IMG/VR virus record: IMGVR_UViG_3300006903_000012
DNA: 64,000 bases
From: a virus
Direction: 5' to 3' (one strand)
Made by a program: the position numbers and the translations under genes
Shown: one piece after another, positions 1-7,366 of the stretch
Layout of the letters: the number at the start of each line of letters is the position of its first letter
Numbering within the stretch: the stretch's first letter is position 1
The notes under the pieces: generated by a model
What the model was told of the DNA's origin: nothing
Database searches by the model: none
The model's input: only the letters and a program-made list of their open reading frames with translations

Positions 1-120
1 CAGCAGCATCAGCAGCAGCATAAGCAGCATAAGCAGCAGCATCAGCAGCATAAGCAGCAGCATCAGCAGCAGCATAAGCAGCATAAGCAGCAGCATCAGC
101 AGCAGCATAAGCAGCAGACT
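1..120 (-). repeat. Imperfect in-frame tandem repeat encoding Ala-rich AAYAA(A)DAA peptide repeats
   Basis: Plus strand 1-117 consists only of CAGCAGCAT(C/A)A-type units. The minus-strand frame reads SAAYAAADAAAYAAYAAADAAAYAADAAAYAAYAAADAA. Confidence 0.85.
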
Positions 121-391
121 TTGCTTCTTCCCAATTCTCTTTAGTCACATTCATTGAATATTTGCTAAGACTGGGATTGACCTTAGCTGCTTCACGAAAT
201 GCAACGCCAGCGCAATAAAAGCGATAAGATTCTGAAATTTTACAAGTCAACCAACAGATCCAATCATCACGATCACATTTGCTAAGATTTTCCTGTGTCA
301 ATTCGGCATTGCCCTGAAACTCAGACTCCAACCACAAACGCGCATCACTACAAGCACCAAATTTCTTGAGTAAAGCAGATGTGATAATCAT
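1..391 (-). CDS. Hypothetical protein, N-terminal part only (runs off the window start); head MIITSALLKKFGACSDARLWLESEF...DRDDWICWL followed by Ala/Tyr/Asp repeats
   Basis: Absent from the ORF track because there is no stop inside the window. ATG at 391-389 has an AAGGAG RBS (~398-403), and the frame stays open to position 1. Confidence 0.6.
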   Translation of the reverse strand, partial: MIITSALLKKFGACSDARLWLESEFQGNAELTQENLSKCDRDDWICWLTCKISESYRFYCAGVAFREAAKVNPSLSKYSMNVTKENWEEAKSAAYAAADAAAYAAYAAADAAAYAADAAAYAAYAAADAA

Positions 392-429
392 TTTCGTCTC
401 CTTTTTCTTCTAAAAGTTGTGCCAAAAAG

Positions 430-1083
430 TTATTTATTCTTGATCGCCCACATCTTCTCAGCGATGTTAATGGCTGATTGAATGCGATCTGATGAGTTGT
501 AAACCATTGGGCAGATGTTTAGCTCTTGCATATCTAAAATGGCATCAACTAGCCATTTTGGCGACGATGTTGCTTCACTCTCATTTACTGCATTTACAAG
601 ACGTTCGGCAGCTTGTTCTACATTCTTCTGATAATCAGGAGCAAGATCATCATCTACAAAAAAATCTGCTGAAAGCCCAATCCAATGACCTTCCGCATCA
701 TAAATCTCCAGACAGTCACCACTCTTAAATGTCCATGGTGTTGGATAAGGCAACTTACCATTTACAGTTTCCAACTCCAATCTAGGCTTAGATAAATCTG
801 CAAAATAATTAACCAGATTCACGAGACCGTTTGTGTTAATTATAGCTAGATTTTGCCAAGTCAATTCAAACGTATGTCTAGCATCCGTCGCAAAATAATT
901 GAATACATCATTTCGAATTGAAGTAGCTTTATCTCGAAGCCATTGCGAATGTTTTGCCTCTAAATACTTACTAGTAAATCGTTCTTTGCGGCCTTCTATG
1001 AGAGATCGTAAATAACTTAAATTTCCGACAATCTTCATAAGATTTGATTTTGACATCTTAGATAAACTGGATGTTGTGCTCAT
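430..1083 (-). CDS. Hypothetical protein (217 aa)
   Basis: Long minus ORF with an AAGGAG RBS just upstream of the ATG at 1083. No motif recognised. Confidence 0.6.
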   Translation of the reverse strand: MSTTSSLSKMSKSNLMKIVGNLSYLRSLIEGRKERFTSKYLEAKHSQWLRDKATSIRNDVFNYFATDARHTFELTWQNLAIINTNGLVNLVNYFADLSKPRLELETVNGKLPYPTPWTFKSGDCLEIYDAEGHWIGLSADFFVDDDLAPDYQKNVEQAAERLVNAVNESEATSSPKWLVDAILDMQELNICPMVYNSSDRIQSAINIAEKMWAIKNK

Positions 1084-1338
1084 TCTTCAATTCTCCTTTT
1101 ATTAGATACAAAACTCGTTATTTAGAATAGTAAAGTTTCTTAAGTACATTTCGTTGCCAAATGAGTGTCTTGTCATTACGCGCAAAGAGTTCAATTGTAA
1201 AATAAGCAAACTCAACTTTATAATCAATCGTAACTAATCGTAACACCTTTACCGTTACAATCATAGTATGCTATTCCCGACCGAGTAAGTTCGGTATTCA
1301 TTGTGTCTTCTCCTTTTGCTAGGTATAAAGTTGTAGAA

Positions 1339-1761
1339 TCAAGCGACATCTGATTGGATAACTGTTATTGTGAGCAGTTCATATTCTCGCTCCCATTTAT
1401 GGAGCAGTACTGAAGGGGAAATAACTTTGAAGGAGCGCCGTGACATACCCGGCGCATGAAACACGGGGCGTTTGATCGGCCATTTCAGACCGGGCATAAG
1501 ATAGCAACCAATCTGTTGAAGCCCAAGTCGCTTGGCTTCAGCCAGTTCAGCAGCCATCCGACGTTCCATATCACGGCGAACAGTTGAACTATAACCTTTG
1601 CTTTGAACAATTTTCTTGCCTTGCTTGATGAGCTTTGGGCGAAGTTCGATAACTGCCGGAATGAGTTTCTTTCGTTTTTGTGTGTAACCGTTTGGCTCAT
1701 ATCCAGCTAAAATTCTATCAGATTGCCCGCCGGGAAATTGAAGCAGCCCATTGCCAGCCAT
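1339..1761 (-). CDS. Hypothetical basic protein (140 aa)
   Basis: Minus ORF abutting the stop of 1763..2152, with a GGAG upstream. Confidence 0.55.
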   Translation of the reverse strand: MAGNGLLQFPGGQSDRILAGYEPNGYTQKRKKLIPAVIELRPKLIKQGKKIVQSKGYSSTVRRDMERRMAAELAEAKRLGLQQIGCYLMPGLKWPIKRPVFHAPGMSRRSFKVISPSVLLHKWEREYELLTITVIQSDVA

Positions 1762-1762
1762 T

Positions 1763-2152
1763 TTATTTATTCTCCTCTAACATGCCACGACCAGAATCGG
1801 GGAATACCAATTCAACCCAATACTTAGAATAAGTTAAGCTGTCAAAACCCGCCGGCAATAACTTACGTGCAGCCTTTATTCTTCGATTAACTAGATTGCC
1901 AATTCCAAAATTTTCTGATTCTAGGTCAACTTTCTTCGCAAATTTAAAGACATAAGCATCTGACCATTTAGATGGATCCGGCCCTTCATCCCAAACAATT
2001 GGCACAGGTACTTTTAAAAGTGCTGATCGAATCATTTCGCATTGTTTGCAAACACATTCATTTGAAAGTGGAATACCTTGATGTAATTCTAGGATGTTTC
2101 GAAGCGTGCCCGCGAGAAAAATTTCTAATTCAGACATGTTATTCTCAATCAT
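1763..2152 (-). CDS. Hypothetical protein (129 aa)
   Basis: Minus ORF with an AAAGGAG RBS upstream of the ATG at 2152. Confidence 0.55.
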   Translation of the reverse strand: MIENNMSELEIFLAGTLRNILELHQGIPLSNECVCKQCEMIRSALLKVPVPIVWDEGPDPSKWSDAYVFKFAKKVDLESENFGIGNLVNRRIKAARKLLPAGFDSLTYSKYWVELVFPDSGRGMLEENK

Positions 2153-2182
2153 CTTCTCTTCTCCTTTTTTTATTTTATGAAA

Positions 2183-2665
2183 CTAGATTGAACAACCATA
2201 TCTAGACTGAGCTGCTCGAACAACCTCAACCAATCGTTCCTTTCGTGCTGGAACAAATCGTTTCTTTGTAATATCACATCTGCATTTTTTAGCAATCTTT
2301 TTCAAATTCTCGAGACTTGCCCACTCACAAGTGCATCGTGATGGAAATAATTTATGACAATCGATGCACTGTGCTTCCGTACTAATCTCAACAATTTTAA
2401 TATGTGTTCCCAAACGAACTAGCTGATAAGTTTCCCTAACGTCTTTATATTTCTTAAATGCTAATTCAATAGCTGCATTTACTGTTTCTTCTGACCAACC
2501 AACAAATCTACAATCACCTTCAACTCTACCATTCACTACTTTTCCTAATTCTTTCCAGCAAGTTTTTCCTGAATCGGCACAATCACCCAAGAAATCGCAT
2601 AAGTGGTCATTATGATGATGCCCAGTAATAAAATATTTCTCAGGAGTAACATCATAGATTTTCAT
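2183..2665 (-). CDS. Cys/His-rich hypothetical protein (160 aa), possible Zn-binding
   Basis: Minus ORF with an AAAGGAG RBS. It has many Cys pairs (CDFLGDC, CIDC, CTC, CRC) and an HHHNDH run. Confidence 0.55.
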   Translation of the reverse strand: MKIYDVTPEKYFITGHHHNDHLCDFLGDCADSGKTCWKELGKVVNGRVEGDCRFVGWSEETVNAAIELAFKKYKDVRETYQLVRLGTHIKIVEISTEAQCIDCHKLFPSRCTCEWASLENLKKIAKKCRCDITKKRFVPARKERLVEVVRAAQSRYGCSI

Positions 2666-2694
2666 TGCTTACTCTCCTTTTATGAGATAACTGA

Positions 2695-2895
2695 TTAACC
2701 TAATCGAACCGGTTGACCACCCTGCCACACTTGCAATCCCCGCTCTTGTGCAAACTGCACCGCTAAATCTTGCTCAAGACCATTTGTCGTCCACGAACGA
2801 ATGATGGGCAATTGAATGATCTCCTTGCCCTGTTGCACAAATGACAAGATTTTATTTTTGACTTCAGCAGGGATTTCAATTCCATAAGTATTCAT
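2695..2895 (-). CDS. Hypothetical small protein (66 aa)
   Basis: Minus ORF with an AAAGGAAGG RBS. Confidence 0.5.
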   Translation of the reverse strand: MNTYGIEIPAEVKNKILSFVQQGKEIIQLPIIRSWTTNGLEQDLAVQFAQERGLQVWQGGQPVRLG

Positions 2896-2930
2896 TTTGA
2901 GCCTTCCTTTTTGTAGGCTATAAAATTATC

Positions 2931-3203
2931 TCAAATCTTTGACTTACTCTTCTGATATTCTTTTGAACTGCTAATGTCTGGTGGCTTAATCATTCCCCAA
3001 GATCGAACAACTTGCGAATGATCTGTGTGGTTATAAATCTTCTCTATTTGCCCTTTCTTAGTAAAGTAAGCACACTGCAAGAAAACAGTTCCAGGATTTC
3101 TTTGCGGTTGTTCTAAAAGAAGAACAACTTCATTTGGTGCATCGATAAACCACAATTCAATCCATTCACCGGCTTTCAACTTCAAAACGTCTGTCTTGTT
3201 CAT
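2931..3203 (-). CDS. Hypothetical small protein (90 aa)
   Basis: Minus ORF with an AAAGGAGAG RBS. Confidence 0.5.
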   Translation of the reverse strand: MNKTDVLKLKAGEWIELWFIDAPNEVVLLLEQPQRNPGTVFLQCAYFTKKGQIEKIYNHTDHSQVVRSWGMIKPPDISSSKEYQKSKSKI

Positions 3204-3256
3204 TTATGTTCTCTCCTTTTTCTGAACGTATTTCTGAACGTAAAAAACTTATTGAG

Positions 3257-3526
3257 TTATTTCTTCTTCTTTGTTTTCACAACTTCGATAGTATAAACAA
3301 CTTCATAGCCGGATTTCAACTTCATTGTCACAAGTCGACCACACACCGAAGGGCCAACATATTGCTCAACCTCCCGGCGTGACACTTCATCTTGTGGTGT
3401 ATATCTCTGAAGATCAATAACAGCACAAACAGCAGCATCTAAAATCTTTTCATTTTGTTTGCTCATGCCCTGACTTTCCTTTTTTTTTGTAGACAAAATA
3501 AATCTGGCCCTCTGGTTATCCCACAA
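3257..3526 (-). CDS. Hypothetical small protein; the real start is probably the internal ATG at 3466 (MSKQNEK...)
   Basis: Minus ORF. An AAGGA-like RBS lies ahead of the ATG at 3466, whereas the first Met at 3526 has none. Confidence 0.5.
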   Translation of the reverse strand: MWDNQRARFILSTKKKESQGMSKQNEKILDAAVCAVIDLQRYTPQDEVSRREVEQYVGPSVCGRLVTMKLKSGYEVVYTIEVVKTKKKK

Positions 3527-3540
3527 CCAATGTTATGAGA

Positions 3541-3571
3541 CAACAAAAGGGCCGATTGTTTAGATCGGCCC
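3541..3571 (-). terminator. Intrinsic terminator for minus-strand transcription
   Basis: Minus strand reads GGGCCGAU-cuaaaca-AUCGGCCC (8-bp GC-rich stem, 3571-3549) followed directly by UUUUGUUG (3548-3541). Confidence 0.75.
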
Positions 3572-3597
3572 ATCATATTCTTATATTCTGTTGTCTA

Positions 3598-4133
3598 TTG
3601 CCAAGTCACAGTGTATTGTGTACGATTATTTGTTTTCCGCCTGACACTAACCAAGCTGTGCTCCACAACCGGCTAATGTACCTTGTGTCCAATATGTCCG
3701 CACTCATATTGTAAGCCCATCAGTAATGTTATACTCGAGTTTCAGTTTCGGCCTCAGTTCGTCTTTAACACTCTGTTTGGGTCCTGATAAGCAGAAAACT
3801 TATGCGCTCATCGCGCGGCATTCTTCATGCCTTGCCCGCGTCTTTACCATCTGGCTTAACTCTATATTAGTTTTGCCACTGGCCTGTCAGAGTCTGCAAC
3901 TTTTCACGCTCTCCGGGTCTGGCTGTCTCTCACTGCCACTCTCGCCATTGTTCTCTGTAATGGCGATCACCTTTTGGGCTGTTCATCCCATTCTCGACCC
4001 ATCCTCGTCACGCTACTGATTTGCCGCTTGAACTATTGTTCAAGCCTGACATTCACCGCTGCGTCCAAACCGGCTGTCTCAAACGCTCCGACTAACCGTC
4101 CGCTGCGTCTTCACTGGGCACTGTGACTTGCAA
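3598..4133 (-). ncRNA. Large (about 536 nt) ORF-less structured RNA of unassigned family (element A)
   Basis: There is no minus ORF. The minus strand is G/A-rich (plus strand C/T-rich). A 15-bp closing helix pairs 4133-4119 (UUGCAAGUCACAGUG) with 3613-3598 (one bulge). There are many local hairpins: 4045-4026 (8 bp), 3965-3942 (7 bp), 3831-3817, 3816-3804 and 3803-3787. Internal direct repeats are GACGCAGCGG x2 and AGCCGGUU(U/G)UGGA x2. A terminator lies immediately 3'. Confidence 0.7.
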
Positions 4134-4231
4134 TATGAGCTTTATAAACTAAATCCCCAAATCCATCAGAAGCAGGATAAGGGGAAAACAGTTATAGGCT
4201 TTTTGGAAATGTGCAAACAACACCCAAATTA

Positions 4232-4317
4232 TATATGAAGGAGCAGAAAATCACAAGGGGGCAGTTTGGTAAGATTATGTCAATTTGCCCCTTTGAATAT
4301 CCGAGTTCCTTCATATA
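4232..4317 (-). promoter_or_regulatory. Nested inverted repeat between gene 4327..4776 and element A
   Basis: The outer arms are an 11-bp repeat, TATATGAAGGA (4232-4242) and TCCTTCATATA (4307-4317). The inner arms are AAGGGGGCA (4255-4263) and TGCCCCTT (4286-4293). Confidence 0.5.
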
Positions 4318-4326
4318 AATAACCCA

Positions 4327-4776
4327 TCATTCAACGCCAGGGAATTTCTTAGCTAAAATCTCTGACAGGTCAAACAAAAATTGAGCAAAGGGTAATGACA
4401 CGCGATCCACCCGAAAATCAGGACTACACAGCCGCTCCCAGATCAAACTTGCCTGGTCATCCAATAAAACAACATCGAGCGACTCATCAGTTAGATCACC
4501 AACAAGCATTGCTAGCTTCATCCAAGGAGCGAGAGCTGTGAGAGTTGTCAGCTTCTGTTGCCCAGTTTCAGTCACTGGAACAAAATCAATAATCTTTTTT
4601 AGCCATTGCCGGTCGTGTACTTTTTCAACAAATCCCGAAATAGGACTGAAGAAATTATATAAAGCTTCTTTAGTTTGGTTCAGAGTCGGCAAAGAATAAA
4701 ACTGCCGAACTGTAACTAAATCAGCCATGATAATACCATCTGATGGTCTCGACTTCAAATTTATCTTAACTGACAT
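4327..4776 (-). CDS. Hypothetical protein (149 aa)
   Basis: Minus ORF and last gene of the tail/fibre block. No motif recognised. Confidence 0.55.
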   Translation of the reverse strand: MSVKINLKSRPSDGIIMADLVTVRQFYSLPTLNQTKEALYNFFSPISGFVEKVHDRQWLKKIIDFVPVTETGQQKLTTLTALAPWMKLAMLVGDLTDESLDVVLLDDQASLIWERLCSPDFRVDRVSLPFAQFLFDLSEILAKKFPGVE

Positions 4777-4795
4777 TCTGTCTCCTGTAGAACTC

Positions 4796-5206
4796 CTAAG
4801 GTGTAAATAAATGAACTTCTCGCATGACGCACCACCAATTAATTACTGTTGCTAATTGACCAGTTAATTCTAGATATAAAACTGCACGACCATCAGAATC
4901 AGTACCGGCTTTCGCAGTTGCTAGCCAAGTTGTTGCTAGAGTATCTTTTTGTGCAGGAACAATATTCACAATTGATCCGACTAGAACAGGCAAGATCCCA
5001 TTACTCCAAGTTCCGATCATGTCATACCACCAAGCTCGAACAGCTCCATCTGCTCGAACAGCCATTACATTATACTTAACTCTCATCATTGTTCCAGATG
5101 GAATAACAATACTTAAAGAATTACTAATTACTGTTGGCGTTGCATTGGTCGTTTGGATAACTTTTTCTTTATTAAATTTAACTTCGGTCCGCATTCTAAC
5201 TCCCAA
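4796..5206 (-). CDS. Hypothetical beta-rich protein downstream of the fibre gene (possible fibre accessory or tip protein)
   Basis: Minus ORF overlapping the fibre stop by 11 nt. The call rests on position only. Confidence 0.5.
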   Translation of the reverse strand: MGVRMRTEVKFNKEKVIQTTNATPTVISNSLSIVIPSGTMMRVKYNVMAVRADGAVRAWWYDMIGTWSNGILPVLVGSIVNIVPAQKDTLATTWLATAKAGTDSDGRAVLYLELTGQLATVINWWCVMREVHLFTP

Positions 5207-7361
5207 CCGGTTGAATACTTAATTTAGCAAGGTGCCACGTTACGTTATTGTTCGTGGCACCGGTTACTCTGATTCTAGCCGTCGCCGCTGTAACATCAAT
5301 CGTTGCATCCCAGCCTGCTTGATCCTCGCCAGAATAGTCTACCAAAACAGCACCGATCAGCGTTGCGGTACCGGCAACATTTTTGACAGTAGCAATAATC
5401 TCATAACCAGCTCCGTCTTCGGCTGTGCCAGCTGAACCGCCTGTCCGACGAGCAACCACTTCAGCATGAATTTTAACGGATGTCGAAGCTGGAACAGTAT
5501 AAGTATGTAGATTCGTTTGTGTATTATTAGTAGTTGTTATCCGATTCTGATAGATGCGATCTGATGGATCATCATTGGTAGCTACACTATCGATTCGACA
5601 GACCTCATTACCTAAAGTTGTCTCAGTAACATGAAGACGCGCACTTGCAGTAACTTGATTAATTCCCACTGACGAATCTAAATAATGATTATGACCTGAT
5701 CCAGCATAGATTCCATAATTTCCTGTTGGAAAAGTATTTCCCAAGATAAGCTCACAGTTATTCGTTCCAGAAGCCTGTGGTTGAACCTGTAGACCTACTA
5801 AATTCGTTATGCTTCCACCGCCGGTATTCGTCCCAGCAAACACATAACCACCCCGCGCAGTCACAACAACACCACTGCCGGAGTTATTTACCTGCATATT
5901 AAATCCGTGCATCGTAGTAATCGTACCAGCGCCAGTTGCGGTAATGACAAAAACACCGGCACGAAGACCACCAGCAGTAGATGTTGCTGTTGCTCCTAAA
6001 CTAACACTCATTGCCACATTTGCATTAATACCATTATACGAATTTGCATTATCAGCGGTGATGGTCTGTGTGGAAGCAACGCGAATACCTTGCGCACCAG
6101 CGAGTCCACCAAAGTCGGTCAAATTTTCTTGAACGTTCAGAACAATAGTATTAACAATACTTCCATCAGCACCGAAGACCCCATGACCGCTAACATCTAA
6201 AGTCCCAGTAATGGAAGTATCACCGCCTGATGGCACAATTATTAAATCGCCACTCGCACTAGTAAACGATACAAAATCTGTCGCACTAGTTCCGAGTCTC
6301 AATTGCTCACTAGATGAAACAACATGCAGCTTAGCAGAAGCTAAGGTAACCCCAATACCAACTTGGTCAGTAATTACAGCCAGCTGAACTAACGAGCCGT
6401 GATCTTCCCAACCACTCGGTAAGGATCCAGTACTTGTTCGACTATATAACTCAAATAAAGCATCTTCAACATTCTGCGATGTCAACACACCGCTGGGGTC
6501 AGCAACGGAAACATTCCGTGCTGGCAATGATCCAGTATGTGAGCCATAAATCGGATCTAACGCATGTGGCAACGGCGCTGTTCCACCGGACAACAACATA
6601 ATCCGAATATCGAACAGATCTGCCCAACCAATTGTTGCTGTAGTGCTGGTTAAGTAGACCGCCACTAATGGGATCCCAACTGTTGTACTAATTGATGGGA
6701 TTTGACTAACTACATCAGTTGGTGGCAATGTTTCTGAAAAAGTGCTTCCGGCCGAAACTTTGATTGTTCCCGTCCCACCATCTAAATACACAGTTACAAA
6801 TCTACCAAATGAGTCAGCTGGTTTGTAACTGGTTAAATCTGGAGAACTGCCGCCGCTAAAATATTGATTCTGACCATTCCAGAAATAAAAATCCGGCTCA
6901 ACATAGACAGTCATGTCTGCTGTCGATTGTGGGTGTGCTAAAAGCGGCTGTGCCATTTGCCGTTTATAGATAAAAGCAATATCACGACCAGCGTCAGACG
7001 GCAGTGCAAACGAATGTTGACGACCGTGTTTCGGTTGTTGTGGTTCCGGCCACTCTTGATACTTTCCGGTATCTTTTCCGATTACCCGATAAAATCGGGA
7101 ATTATATGGGTCCTTCTTTAAAAGAATGGCCTGTCCCCACTGCAACCCCGCTGTCTCATTAAAAGCTTGAACCGGCTCCGATGTTTGACCACGAATTCTA
7201 ACATGCACTAATCCGGGACGATCCGCTACACTTATTTCTTTAACGCCAAGCTCATTATAGCGACCCAACATTCCAGAAATAACTTCTTCTTTATTTTCTT
7301 TATTGTCTAAAATTCGTCTGATAGTTGAGATCAGACGATCTTGACCAGCACGATTCGGCAT
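5196..7361 (-). CDS. Tail fibre/spike-like protein (721 aa) with a Gly/Thr/Ser/Ala-rich repetitive beta-type central region
   Basis: Position at the distal end of the tail module, and long G/T/S/A/V/N-rich stretches typical of fibre shafts. Confidence 0.55.
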   Translation of the reverse strand: MPNRAGQDRLISTIRRILDNKENKEEVISGMLGRYNELGVKEISVADRPGLVHVRIRGQTSEPVQAFNETAGLQWGQAILLKKDPYNSRFYRVIGKDTGKYQEWPEPQQPKHGRQHSFALPSDAGRDIAFIYKRQMAQPLLAHPQSTADMTVYVEPDFYFWNGQNQYFSGGSSPDLTSYKPADSFGRFVTVYLDGGTGTIKVSAGSTFSETLPPTDVVSQIPSISTTVGIPLVAVYLTSTTATIGWADLFDIRIMLLSGGTAPLPHALDPIYGSHTGSLPARNVSVADPSGVLTSQNVEDALFELYSRTSTGSLPSGWEDHGSLVQLAVITDQVGIGVTLASAKLHVVSSSEQLRLGTSATDFVSFTSASGDLIIVPSGGDTSITGTLDVSGHGVFGADGSIVNTIVLNVQENLTDFGGLAGAQGIRVASTQTITADNANSYNGINANVAMSVSLGATATSTAGGLRAGVFVITATGAGTITTMHGFNMQVNNSGSGVVVTARGGYVFAGTNTGGGSITNLVGLQVQPQASGTNNCELILGNTFPTGNYGIYAGSGHNHYLDSSVGINQVTASARLHVTETTLGNEVCRIDSVATNDDPSDRIYQNRITTTNNTQTNLHTYTVPASTSVKIHAEVVARRTGGSAGTAEDGAGYEIIATVKNVAGTATLIGAVLVDYSGEDQAGWDATIDVTAATARIRVTGATNNNVTWHLAKLSIQPVGS

Positions 7362-7366
7362 TTACA

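Noticed and set aside
1225-1299. A 25-codon mini-ORF (MNTELTRSGIAYYDCNGKGVTISYD) with an AAGGAG RBS in the 1084-1338 gap
   Set aside because: It is too short, and I cannot judge conservation. I noted it only because the RBS is good, and I am not reporting it as a feature.
3598-4133. Element A as another group I intron or as a group II intron
   Set aside because: The only AGUC/GACU-type strings occur in the wrong order (UUAGUCGG near the 5' end, GCAGACUCUGA and ACGAACUGAGGCCGAAAC later). There is no UCGGUG...CACCGAG P4 pair and no flanking exon. I also find no group II 5' GUGYG or domain V-like AGC-bulge hairpin. The ACUGAGGCCGAAAC similarity to the I3/I5 P7-P8 region is short and may be chance.
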